A stretch of 36,649 nucleotides of DNA, taken from NCBI GenBank assembly GCA_016235455.1, contig JACRKZ010000118.1, positions 1 to 36,649 of the forward strand. The letters run 5' to 3'. This stretch comes from Armatimonadota bacterium (GTDB lineage: Bacteria > Armatimonadota > UBA10988). The notes beneath the pieces are model-generated. The model saw nothing but the letters and a program-made list of their open reading frames with translations, was not told the origin of the DNA and ran no database searches. The position numbers were made by a program, and so were the translations under genes. Shown piece by piece: positions 28,601 to 36,649 of this stretch (its first letter is position 1; each line of letters begins with the position of its first letter).

Positions 28601-29596
28601 CTGCTGCTGCGTCACGATAAGCTCGGCGGCATGATGCCGGCGGCCACGTTGCTGTGGCAGTCGTCCGGCGCGCCGGAGATGGTCGTGGTGCCGTTGGTCA
28701 GTCAGGAGCAAGTGCGCGGCCTGATCATCGCGGACAACCTGTTCACCGGCGAGCCCATCGAGCCCCAGGACATCGACACGCTGGCCGTGTTCGCCAACCA
28801 GGCCGGCGTGGCCATGGCCAACGCCCAGGCTTTCGCCGAACTGGAGCAGTCGCTGAGCCAGCTACGCCAGGCGCAGCAGCAATTGCGGCTGGTCGAGCGG
28901 CTGGCTGGCGTGGGCCGCGTGGCCAGTCATGTGGCCCACGAGATACGGAACCCGCTGGTCAGCATCGGCGGCTTCGCGCGACGCGCCATCCGCCGCGCGG
29001 ACTTCCCCGACGAAGTGCGCGACTACCTGGGCATCGTCATCGAGGAGGTGCAGCGCCTCGAGCGCATCCTCAAGAACGTCATGGACTTCACCGCGCCGGG
29101 CAAGCCGCAACTCCGGCCCTGCCAGGTGAACTCCGTGCTGGGCGAGGTGGTGGCCATGCAGGCGCCCGTGCTCGATGAGCACAATGTGCGCGTGGCGATG
29201 CACCTGGCCGACGAACTGCCCGAGGTGATTGTGGATCCCGACAAGACCAAGCAGGTCATCCTGAACTTGGTGCGCAACGCCATCCAGGCAATGGGCCGCG
29301 ATGGTACACTAACGCTGAGCAGCCGCTCGGTGCCCGAAGCCAACCAGGTCGAAGTCGTCGTACAAGACTCTGGGCCGGGCATTCCCGAGGACAAAATCGA
29401 GGAGATTTTCAACCCGTTCTACACGCGCAAGGCCGATGGCACCGGCCTCGGTCTGGCGGTCAGCCACAAGATGGTGGTGGACCACGGAGGCGAGTTGACC
29501 TGCGCAAGCCGGCTCGGTGAAGGAGCCCGCTTCATTATCCGGCTGCCGCTCGACGCCACGGCGTCGGTGGCGGCTCTGTATGGGAGTGAGTCATGA
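25652..29596 (+). CDS. Cytoplasmic multi-sensor histidine kinase (helical RsbRD_N-like, PAS, PAS, GAF, GAF, PAS, GAF, HisKA, HATPase)
   Basis: PAS signatures VNAEAARLTGY, WNNGAERMFGY, FVNRRY. GAF signatures SVLVTPL, SELCVPI, VVVPL. H-box AHEIRNP, N-box NLVRNA, DSGPGI, FNPFY, GTGLGL. No TM segment. Start ATG 25652. Confidence 0.93.
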   Translation: MNDDLLQALPPATRRCAAQLLREHGSGIESRWRPRLEELFTGFDPLAQVRLVEALLALPSQLAYAIEVLDETRLTDHLWSLAETAWGHDVPYPAVSRALRHLNRSLRAILRGIEQIAVPAADVATLIEDQIDECRLRVNGFYHMFSEQLLRDSEQLSRFLLNHINQAVLVVSLENSRVRLVNAEAARLTGYRSAELLQRDLLDMVSPEHRAVIEGALKRCGTSGSTHIEPVALLTAEGDSLATGMTFVQVRHEQALRLAQVIVTESHATHDEGDAAQHGAFFEAFAEHTADAVMVVDLEDRVRFWNNGAERMFGYTAEEMLNEPVLRMLPPDSGPQELRQLNAIVERDGFVRDVEAVRLAKDGRAIDCNLTRTAVFDPATRRRIGTSVVVRDVTEKRRLEQDTARAARQLRIINRIMEATSRTLDRTETYRTIAAQIDELLPCDLLSISLPFADDQHVVVHVIKGDANYATDEELLIERDSTIREEAAWRQSPLRVNNLAAYSQLRTDDEQLVALGYRSVLVTPLVYDLEAIGTLMLCDRRPDRYSADDEELLGHLSGHFAVTLENARRFEEERKRSAQFELINRVGASAIANIGDVGRLLHSTVAAIQQDFGYHDVAMYEAADNDRVFRLRAHAGHRRGTLGESYEQPIDQGVFGEVHRTGGSYLVRDVSREPLYFNPVPDVEPARSELCVPIRVGPRVLGVLDVESDRPNGFDPLDQAAMEALAGLLARCMTADETLRQMRMFQALRRHIMEAVPSALLLLDEDLRVQFVNRRYLEFYGQHVDDVIGRYYTEVFPPSLIAESHMAELIEDLKNDLAPIDQREVRYFDHAGAERVADVRMRIVTEYQTNIVVMLHDATGRMARFYQLQMLREIGEEMQKILDISHLLRAILTCVTAGPGFGFNRAALYLLNKDTNELDETMRVGPSSLEEAGAIWREVSHKRTLSEFLRAYDEVHEDLGRRRTKRSIRLTDADNDLHQWRTPLLLRHDKLGGMMPAATLLWQSSGAPEMVVVPLVSQEQVRGLIIADNLFTGEPIEPQDIDTLAVFANQAGVAMANAQAFAELEQSLSQLRQAQQQLRLVERLAGVGRVASHVAHEIRNPLVSIGGFARRAIRRADFPDEVRDYLGIVIEEVQRLERILKNVMDFTAPGKPQLRPCQVNSVLGEVVAMQAPVLDEHNVRVAMHLADELPEVIVDPDKTKQVILNLVRNAIQAMGRDGTLTLSSRSVPEANQVEVVVQDSGPGIPEDKIEEIFNPFYTRKADGTGLGLAVSHKMVVDHGGELTCASRLGEGARFIIRLPLDATASVAALYGSES

Positions 29597-29958
29597 GCGA
29601 AGAAGTCCTCATCGTTGAAGACGAAGAGCACGAGTCCCGGCTGTTCGAGCTGGAATTCCGTGACGCCGGCTACGAAGTGCGCGTGGCGAACGATGCCGAC
29701 AGCGCCCTGGTCGCGGTCCGCGAGAAGCGGCCGGATGTGGTCGTGCTGGACATCAACATGCCGGGCAAGGACGGGCTGGAACTGCTCGGCGAGTTGCTCG
29801 ACATCGACCGCACTTTGCCCGTGGTGCTCAACACCGCCTACGCCGACTACCAGCAGAAGTACCGCAGCTGGTCCGCCGCCGCCTATGTCATCAAGGGCAG
29901 CGACGTGAGCGAGCTGCTCGACACGGTGCGCAATGTCCTGGCAGGAAAACGCGGATGA
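29593..29958 (+). CDS. Single-domain response regulator (receiver only)
   Basis: LIVEDE, VLDINMPGKDG (phospho-Asp), LNTAY, YVIK. 121 aa with no output domain. ATGA overlaps on both sides. Confidence 0.95.
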   Translation: MSEEVLIVEDEEHESRLFELEFRDAGYEVRVANDADSALVAVREKRPDVVVLDINMPGKDGLELLGELLDIDRTLPVVLNTAYADYQQKYRSWSAAAYVIKGSDVSELLDTVRNVLAGKRG

Positions 29959-31190
29959 CTCGCACGACTCACGCCTCGGTGGTGACCATGGTCATGGCCG
30001 GCGGCGCAGGCAACCGCCTGTACCCGCTGACGCGTGACCGCGCCAAGCCCGCCGTGCCCTTCGGCGGACTGTACCGTATCATCGACTTCACGCTGAGCAA
30101 CTGCCTCAACTCGGGGCTCTACCGGCTGTATGTGTTGACGCAGTACCGCTCGTTCTCGCTGCATCGCCACCTGCGTGAGGCCTGGGGCCCGCTGTTCAAC
30201 CTGACGCGCGGCGAGTACATCGAGGTTGTCCCGCCGCAACAGCGCATCGTCGGCGATTGGTACCGCGGCACCGCCGACGCCATCTTCCAGAATATCGACC
30301 TGCTGGAAGACGACCGGCCCGAATACGTACTGCTGCTGTCGGGCGACCACATCTACGCCATGGACTATGGCCAGATGATCCAGGCGCACATCGACTCCGG
30401 CGCGCAGTTGACCATCGGCTGCCTCGAAGTGCCCATCGGCGAGGCCGACCGGCTGGGGGTACTGCAGGTCGACGAGTCCGAGCGCGTCATCGGCTTCCAG
30501 GAGAAGCCCGCCAATCCGCAGCCGGTGCCCGGTGATCCGGGTACCGCGTTGGCGTCGATGGGCATCTATGTGTTCAACACCCACGACCTGGTGCGCATGT
30601 TGAGCGAGGACGCCCGCACGCAGTCGGCCCACGATTTCGGCAAGAACATCATTCCCGCCATGGTCGAGCGCGAGATGGGTGTCTACGCACACCGCTTCCG
30701 CGACGCGCACACTGGCGAGCGTGGCTATTGGCGCGACATCGGCACGCTGGACAGCTTCTTCGAGTCCAACATGGAGTTGCTCAGTCCCGAGCCGCCGTTC
30801 AACCTCTACGATCCCGACTGGCCCGTGCACACGCGCGTCGGCGCCTATCCGCCGGCCAAGACGGTCCACGACATCGAGACCGAGGGCCGTGTCGGCATGG
30901 CCACGCAATCGTTCATGGCGCCAGGCAGCATCGTTTCGGGTGGTCGCGTCAAGCGCAGCATCCTCTCGCCGCGTGTCCGGGTGAACAGCTACAGCTTGGT
31001 CGAGGACAGCCTGCTCTTCGCCAACGTCAGCGTCGGCCGCAACGCCAAGGTGCGCCGCGCCATCGTCGATAAGCATGTGGTCATTCCGCCCGGCTACGAG
31101 ATCGGCTACGACGCCGAACTCGACCGCAAGCGCTTCACGGTGACCGAAAACGGCATCGTCGTCGTCCGCAAGGGTATGGTGCTCGAGTAA
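29955..31190 (+). CDS. glgC: Glucose-1-phosphate adenylyltransferase
   Basis: [75 protein letters not shown]-terminal beta-helix. Confidence 0.97.
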   Translation: MTRTTHASVVTMVMAGGAGNRLYPLTRDRAKPAVPFGGLYRIIDFTLSNCLNSGLYRLYVLTQYRSFSLHRHLREAWGPLFNLTRGEYIEVVPPQQRIVGDWYRGTADAIFQNIDLLEDDRPEYVLLLSGDHIYAMDYGQMIQAHIDSGAQLTIGCLEVPIGEADRLGVLQVDESERVIGFQEKPANPQPVPGDPGTALASMGIYVFNTHDLVRMLSEDARTQSAHDFGKNIIPAMVEREMGVYAHRFRDAHTGERGYWRDIGTLDSFFESNMELLSPEPPFNLYDPDWPVHTRVGAYPPAKTVHDIETEGRVGMATQSFMAPGSIVSGGRVKRSILSPRVRVNSYSLVEDSLLFANVSVGRNAKVRRAIVDKHVVIPPGYEIGYDAELDRKRFTVTENGIVVVRKGMVLE

Positions 31191-31212
31191 GTTCGAACGT
31201 CGGGAGTTCGTC

Positions 31213-34113
31213 ATGCGCTGGATGGGCCTGCTGTTCTGTGTCTGCCTGGCCGCTTGTGCCCAGGAACTGCCGACCGCCCTGCGCGGCGAAGTCAAGGAGC
31301 CCGCGGCACTGCCGCAAGGTGCCTACCGCCAGGTGGCGCAGTGGGAGGCCGAGCAGCCGCAGAACCACCAGACCGGCGCCGAGGAGGCCGAAGCCACCGC
31401 TGCCGGCGGCAAGGTCTGGGCCATGCGCCTGGGCCGCGACCGCACGGAATCCGCCGCCATCTACGGTCCCTATCTCGACCTGCCCGCCGGCGACTACGTG
31501 GCCTTCTACCGGCTCAAGCTGCCGCGGGCCGTGGATGACGACCAGGTGGCGCGCATCGACGCCGCCATCGACACCGGCCGCGAAGTGCTCACGCAGCGGC
31601 CCGTCTTTGCCAGCGACCTGAGCGCCGAGCGCTGGACGCAGGTGCCCCTGGCCTTCCATGTGGCCGGCCGCAAGCTCGAGGCGCGCCTCACCTGGCAGGG
31701 CACGACCGACCTGCTGCTCGACCAGATCACGCTGTTTGAGCTGGTCGGCGGCAGGATCCCCGCCCCGGCGCGCGTCCCGCAGCCCGAGTACACCAACAAG
31801 CCCAACAACCTGCCCTACCAGTACCAGCCGCGCGCCGAGCTGTTCCCGCTCAGCAGCAAGCCGGCCAGCCGGCTGTCGGTCATCGACCTGCGCTCGCAGT
31901 CGGCCGACATGCGCCACCTGATGCTCAGCCTCGAGGGCCTGGTCAACCGCACCCAACCGCGCATCTACGTCATCACCGACACGCCCGATGAGCTGTGGCT
32001 CAAGTGCCTGCTGGAGCGCGGCGGCGTCAGTGACACCGAAACCATCGCCGACCCGACGGTGCTCATCGACCGCTACCGCGGGCTGGTGAGCGGCGCCGTG
32101 GTGACCGACGCCAAGCTGCCCATCACACGCAACATCGCCATGATGCTGGCCTCCACCAAGGACGCGCTGGTGGCCTCGTCGAAGCTGGCGCGCGAACTCA
32201 AGCTGACCGTCACCGACGACCTGCGCGGCAAGTTCAAGGGCAACGTGGAAGCCCAGAAGTGGGCGTTCGACACGCTGTGGCCCAAGATGTGCCACACCGT
32301 GGCCGCCGTGCTCTGGCCCGACAACTGCAACGGCCTGCGCGACTACCTCTACCAGCACCGCATCTACACCTTCTGGCTCAGCGGCCAGATCGACGGCGCC
32401 TATCCCGGCCACGATGCCCAGGGGGAAGTGGCGTTGATCGAGAACATCCTGTCCAAGATGCCGCCCAACATGCCTATCCTCGGCTACCCGTGGGCCGGCA
32501 AGGACGTGGGCATCGGCGAAGGCGCCGGCGTGACGCTGTTCGCACAGTTCTCCAAGTACCTGGTCGGCACCATCGACGTGACCAACCTGAGCGTGCACAG
32601 CGGCATCAAGCTGCCCGACTTCAAGCAGCCCGTCTATCCCACGCCGCCGGTCGACCGCACCAAGGTTTATGTCACCTGGGTCATGTCGGACGGCGACAAC
32701 CTGCCCGTGCTGAGCCGCGGCAACTTCCCCCAGCTTTGGGCCCAGCCCGAGCGTGGCAAGGTGCCCATGGCGTGGACCATCACGCCGTCGTCGCACATCC
32801 TCATGCCGGTCATCGCCGACTACTACTACCGCACCTCCACGCCCAACGATGCGTGGATCGGCTCGGTCTCGGGCATCGGCTATACCTACCCCGATGAGTA
32901 CGGCAAGCGCTACACGGCCGAGGGACACAAGCGCGCCTTCGACGACTTCCTGGCCCAGACGGCGCATTACGGCAAGGCGCTGGACCTCAAGCAGATGTGG
33001 ATCATGGGCATCCGCGACCCGGAGCTGATCCGCCGCTATGCCGCCGGCGTACCCGACCTGACCGCCATCTTCCCCGACTATGGCAAGGTGGTCCGCTCGT
33101 ACGATGAGGGCTTCTACCCCTCCGCGCGCGGCATCCCCATCTTCCATGCCGCCACCTCGTGGGCCGAGGAAGACACGCGCGAGCAGCGCATCGCCCGCAC
33201 CGTCGAGTACATCAGGTCGTTCACCCCGACCCAGCGACCGGCGTTCTTGCACCTGTTCATCTGGAACTGGGGCACCGACCTGGCTCAGCAGGTCGAGGTC
33301 ATGAAGCAACTCGGCCCCGAGTACGTCGCCGTACGGCCCGAACACCTGGCCACCATGGCCCGCGCGGAACTGGACCGCCAGGGCGCGCTGGTGCGACTGC
33401 CCGACCGCGCCACGGTGCTCGAAGGCGAGAACCTGATGCTGCCCGGCACGGTGCAGAACGTCAGCCGCGCCTCGGCCACCGCCAAGGTAACGGTCACCGG
33501 CCTGACCGACGGGCGCGTGGCGCCCGGTACCGCCACGCTTAAGGCCAACGAGTCGCTCCAATTCGTGGTCCGCGGCAAGGTCACCGGCGAGACCGTGACG
33601 GTGGACGTGAGCGCTGGGGCCGCCAGCTTCAAGCGCACCGTCGCGCTCCGGGTGCTGCCTAAGACCGAGCTGTCGCAGCCGGTGCCGGACCGCGGCGAGG
33701 CCGTGGCCGAGTACCTGGGCACCACGCTGTCGCACAAGGGCGGCGCCGAAGCCAAGGAGGCCGGATCGCTCGCGCCGTCGGTGTGGGTGGCCCAGCCGGC
33801 GCGGGACGCCGCCGGGCACATCTGCTTCGGGCCCTATGCACCGCTGGCCGCGGGCTCCTACGTGGCGCTGTTCCGCGTCAAGCGTCTGGGCGCCGGCGAC
33901 GGCCAACTGGTTACTCTGGATGCGCACGTCGGCGGTGGTGCGGCTGAGCTGTCCAGTGTCAACCTCGCTGCCAAGGACCTGCCCTTGGGCGAGTGGAAGC
34001 TCATCCCGTTGCGTTTCGACCATCCGGGCGGCACCATCGAGACGCGCGTCTTCTGGTCTGGCAGGGCGGCACTGGCGGTCGACACCATCCTGGTGGCGCG
34101 CCGACAGAAGTGA
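31213..34113 (+). CDS. Secreted GxGYxYP-family putative glycoside hydrolase with duplicated CBM-like modules
   Basis: Signal-like N-terminus (LAAC possible lipobox), SLEGLVNRTQPRIY, SDGDN, VPMAWTI, SGIGYTYP. Related modules YGPYLDLPAGDYVAFYRLK and FGPYAPLAAGSYVALFRVK at the two ends. Confidence 0.8.
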   Translation: MRWMGLLFCVCLAACAQELPTALRGEVKEPAALPQGAYRQVAQWEAEQPQNHQTGAEEAEATAAGGKVWAMRLGRDRTESAAIYGPYLDLPAGDYVAFYRLKLPRAVDDDQVARIDAAIDTGREVLTQRPVFASDLSAERWTQVPLAFHVAGRKLEARLTWQGTTDLLLDQITLFELVGGRIPAPARVPQPEYTNKPNNLPYQYQPRAELFPLSSKPASRLSVIDLRSQSADMRHLMLSLEGLVNRTQPRIYVITDTPDELWLKCLLERGGVSDTETIADPTVLIDRYRGLVSGAVVTDAKLPITRNIAMMLASTKDALVASSKLARELKLTVTDDLRGKFKGNVEAQKWAFDTLWPKMCHTVAAVLWPDNCNGLRDYLYQHRIYTFWLSGQIDGAYPGHDAQGEVALIENILSKMPPNMPILGYPWAGKDVGIGEGAGVTLFAQFSKYLVGTIDVTNLSVHSGIKLPDFKQPVYPTPPVDRTKVYVTWVMSDGDNLPVLSRGNFPQLWAQPERGKVPMAWTITPSSHILMPVIADYYYRTSTPNDAWIGSVSGIGYTYPDEYGKRYTAEGHKRAFDDFLAQTAHYGKALDLKQMWIMGIRDPELIRRYAAGVPDLTAIFPDYGKVVRSYDEGFYPSARGIPIFHAATSWAEEDTREQRIARTVEYIRSFTPTQRPAFLHLFIWNWGTDLAQQVEVMKQLGPEYVAVRPEHLATMARAELDRQGALVRLPDRATVLEGENLMLPGTVQNVSRASATAKVTVTGLTDGRVAPGTATLKANESLQFVVRGKVTGETVTVDVSAGAASFKRTVALRVLPKTELSQPVPDRGEAVAEYLGTTLSHKGGAEAKEAGSLAPSVWVAQPARDAAGHICFGPYAPLAAGSYVALFRVKRLGAGDGQLVTLDAHVGGGAAELSSVNLAAKDLPLGEWKLIPLRFDHPGGTIETRVFWSGRAALAVDTILVARRQK

Positions 34114-35177
34114 AAGCGCTTATCGTCAAGCTCAACGCCATCGGCGACGTGGTCTTCGCCACGCCGCTGGTGGCGGGTCTGGCCGAAGCCTATCCCGGCC
34201 TCGACATCGACTGGCTGGTCGGCCGTCATGCCGCGCCCATCCTGGCCGGTCACCCACTGCTGCGGCGCACGATCCTCTACGATGGTCCCTGGGCTGGCAG
34301 CCGGTTGGCCGGCGCCCTGGAGACCCTGCGCATCCTGCCGGCGCTGCGGCGCGAGCGCTACGACCTGGCGTTCTGCCTGCATCGCAGCCGAGCCGCGACG
34401 CTGCTGACCAGTCTGTCGGGCGCCCGCCGTCGCATCGGCTTCGAGCACGGCGGCGCTGAACGCTGGCTGACCGAGGCTGTGCCGTTCGACGCGGCAGCCC
34501 ACGAGACGCGACGCTACCTGGCTCTGCTCGCCGCGCTCGGGCACGACGCGGGCGACCGGCCCATGTGCCTCGGCTGGACCGCGGAAGCGGCTGGCGAAGC
34601 CGCTGATCTCCTGCCCGACGGACCGTGGGTCGGTCTGGCGCCTGGCGGCGGCCGCAATCCCGGCACGGAGATGCTCATCAAGCGCTGGCCGGCCGAACGT
34701 TTCGCCGAGTTGGCGCGCCGCGTCGAGGCCGAACTGGGCGCACGTGTGGCAGTGTTCGGCACGCCCGACGAGGCCGACCTGTGCGCCGAGGTGGCCGGCG
34801 CGACGGGCCTGAACCTGTGCGGCCGCACCAGGCTGGCCGGCCTGGCGGCGGTGCTGGCCCGGCTCAGCGTGTTCGTGGCCAACGACAGCGGCCCGCTGCA
34901 CATGGCCGCCGCCGCGGGCACACCGACCATAGCCTTGTTCGGCCCGACCGACCCACGCCTCGTGGCGCCGCTGGGCGAGCCTCACCGGCACTTCTGGCGC
35001 CCGCCAGACTGCGCGCCCTGTTACCGCCCCGATAACGCGCGAGACCACGCGGTCTGGCACTGCGCGCGTGTCGGCGACGAGCTGCGCTGCTTGCGCGATG
35101 TGAGTGTCGCTGATGTCTATGGGGCGGTGCGAGGCACGCGCAGGGGCGACCCTCCGTGGTCGCCCAGCACTGGGTAG
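34110..35177 (+). CDS. Glycosyltransferase family 9 (ADP-heptose:LPS heptosyltransferase-like)
   Basis: KLNAIGDVV, IDWLV, KRWP, NDSGPLHMAAA, ALFGPT. GTGA overlap defines the start at 34110. Confidence 0.92.
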   Translation: MKALIVKLNAIGDVVFATPLVAGLAEAYPGLDIDWLVGRHAAPILAGHPLLRRTILYDGPWAGSRLAGALETLRILPALRRERYDLAFCLHRSRAATLLTSLSGARRRIGFEHGGAERWLTEAVPFDAAAHETRRYLALLAALGHDAGDRPMCLGWTAEAAGEAADLLPDGPWVGLAPGGGRNPGTEMLIKRWPAERFAELARRVEAELGARVAVFGTPDEADLCAEVAGATGLNLCGRTRLAGLAAVLARLSVFVANDSGPLHMAAAAGTPTIALFGPTDPRLVAPLGEPHRHFWRPPDCAPCYRPDNARDHAVWHCARVGDELRCLRDVSVADVYGAVRGTRRGDPPWSPSTG

Positions 35178-35220
35178 ACCCCGTGGGGGCGACCACGGAA
35201 GGTCGCCCCCACGGGTCTGC
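35140..35220. repeat. Inverted doublet of REP-like palindromes, possible bidirectional terminator
   Basis: Copy 1 GCAG-GGGCGACC-CTCCGT-GGTCGCCC (35140-35165). Copy 2 on the minus strand GTGG-GGGCGACC-TTCCGT-GGTCGCCC (35187-35212), inside a longer hairpin 35174-35220 between convergent genes. Confidence 0.7.
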
Positions 35221-35226
35221 GCGTCG

Positions 35227-36649
35227 CTACCGCTTGAGTTCCTTGAGCGTGTCGATGTCCTTGCGCATCCGCTCAATGGTCTGCTCGGGCAGCTCGCCCA
35301 CGGCCATCTGCTTGTCGAACTCGAGCTTGACCTTGAAGGTGAAGCTCAGTGCCTTGGTGCCCGTGGCGTTGGCCGGCAGTTCCAGGTCCCAGCGCAGCAG
35401 GCCGCGGGGCTTCTCCTGCTCAACGTACAGCGCGTCGGTGCTCAGCGGCTGACCGTTGTCTGCCAGCGTCATCGTCACCTGGTCGTTCGGCGCCTGCGGC
35501 ATCCGGTCCCACAGCCGCACCTTGGCCGGCTTGGCCATGAAGTTCTGCAGGCGCAGGCTGTAGGTCAGGGTCAGCACCTTGTTGCCGCCCTTGATCTCGG
35601 TCTGCTTGTCCTGTAGGTCGCGCACCGCGCGCAGTTGGCTCTCCGTGCCGAAGCCCAGCGTCACCTGCTCACCCTTGGCCACCATGGGCAGGTTGCCACG
35701 GCCGGCGAAGGCGCCGTCTAGATAAGCGTTGTACGGACCCGGCAGCAGCGTGGTGTCGGTGGTGTTGGTCGTCGTCACGGCCTGGTAGACGTAGTCGCTG
35801 ATCAGCGGCGAGGCGGTGTAGTAGGCCTCGGCCGGCAGATCCAGCACCGCGATGCGGAACATCTGCTGGTCGTTGCGACTGGCCAGACTGACCTTGCCGG
35901 GGATGGCATAGTCGACGGCCAGGCCCTCGGCGATGGCCGGCTTCATGCGGCGCGTGGCCTTGATGGCTTCGTCGCCCGCGGCCATCTCGAGGTTCTGGAG
36001 CTTGGCAGCCAGCACATTGGTGCTCAGCTCGTCATCGGTCATCGGCTGCCCGACCTGCGGTCGAGCCACCGGGCCCGGCGCGCCGGGCATCATGCCACCG
36101 GCAGTGGTGGCAGGCGCCATGGGTTTGGCCGCCGGCGCGTTCTGGCCGCGCAACTGCTGCTCCAACTCGCGGCGCTGATTCTGGTAGCCAGCCGGCTCAT
36201 CGGCCTGAGCCGCGTCACCCGCCTGGCTCAGGGCCAACCACATCGGCGAGAGGATCGGCGCGCTGGCAGTCATGTTCGGTTGGCTGGTGGAGAGCGTCAG
36301 GTTGACGCCCGCCCAGTCCTCGCCGGTCATCTGGCTGACCACGCCGTGGTATTCGACGGTGAGCTTGTCGCGGTTGCCGTTGAGCCGCGCCACGTAAGCC
36401 GGGCTCCAGTAGACGCCGCCGACCAGGTAGTTGAGCTCGATGCTGGACGCCTTGGCGGCGGCGGCCTCAACGAACAGAACGGCCTCGCGCGCCGTCCGCT
36501 GCACGGTGCCGGCCAGCTCGGCACGCTTGCGCTGCAGCACCGTCAGCGCCTCTTGCGCCGCGCGCTGGCTCTTGGCCAGGGCCACCTTCTGCGTGGCCAG
36601 CGTGGTGCGCTGCTCGAACATGAACTTGGTCAGGCCGATGAGTTGCTCG
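35227..36649 (-). CDS. DUF4139 / mucoidy inhibitor MuiA family protein (5' truncated by window edge)
   Basis: LNYLVGGVYWSPAY.ARL, QMTGEDW.GV.LTLSTSQP, LLPGP...YLDG.F.G, LGFG, GLLRWDL. Frame is open to the window end. Confidence 0.85.
   Translation of the reverse strand, partial: EQLIGLTKFMFEQRTTLATQKVALAKSQRAAQEALTVLQRKRAELAGTVQRTAREAVLFVEAAAAKASSIELNYLVGGVYWSPAYVARLNGNRDKLTVEYHGVVSQMTGEDWAGVNLTLSTSQPNMTASAPILSPMWLALSQAGDAAQADEPAGYQNQRRELEQQLRGQNAPAAKPMAPATTAGGMMPGAPGPVARPQVGQPMTDDELSTNVLAAKLQNLEMAAGDEAIKATRRMKPAIAEGLAVDYAIPGKVSLASRNDQQMFRIAVLDLPAEAYYTASPLISDYVYQAVTTTNTTDTTLLPGPYNAYLDGAFAGRGNLPMVAKGEQVTLGFGTESQLRAVRDLQDKQTEIKGGNKVLTLTYSLRLQNFMAKPAKVRLWDRMPQAPNDQVTMTLADNGQPLSTDALYVEQEKPRGLLRWDLELPANATGTKALSFTFKVKLEFDKQMAVGELPEQTIERMRKDIDTLKELKR

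Noticed and set aside
31135-34023. 962-aa minus-strand ORF
   Set aside because: Antisense shadow of the GxGYxYP gene. High-GC codon bias removes stop codons on the opposite strand, and it has no recognisable motifs.

Overview
High-GC bacterial chromosomal window, densely coding and almost entirely on the + strand. No rRNA, tRNA, CRISPR array or transposase is visible. Gene order: end of adenine deaminase, ftsH, PIN/TRAM (YacL-like), fused ispDF, long HPF, a tandem pair of arrestin/Spo0M-like hypothetical proteins, argJ, YihY/BrkB, a PASTA-domain Ser/Thr kinase-like protein with a degenerate catalytic site, HIT, rpsU, phoH, PgpH-like 7TM-HD, ybeY, dgkA/PAP2 fusion, a feoA-feoB-small Cys protein operon with a Fur-like box, a minus-strand disrupted acetate-kinase-family gene plus an FAH-family hydrolase, an unknown two-domain protein, a long coupled run (GH57, degenerate and frameshifted galT-like gene, 1314-aa PAS/GAF histidine kinase, stand-alone receiver, glgC, GxGYxYP protein, GT9), a REP-like doublet, and a partial DUF4139/MuiA-like gene. 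Firmicutes-like synteny together with a GT9 LPS-type transferase suggests a diderm Terrabacteria lineage such as Armatimonadota (inference only). Best leads: a two-component system with no output domain embedded in a glycogen operon next to a GalT pseudoenzyme, the arrestin-like pair, and the PASTA pseudokinase. All family calls come from motif recognition by eye, with no database search.
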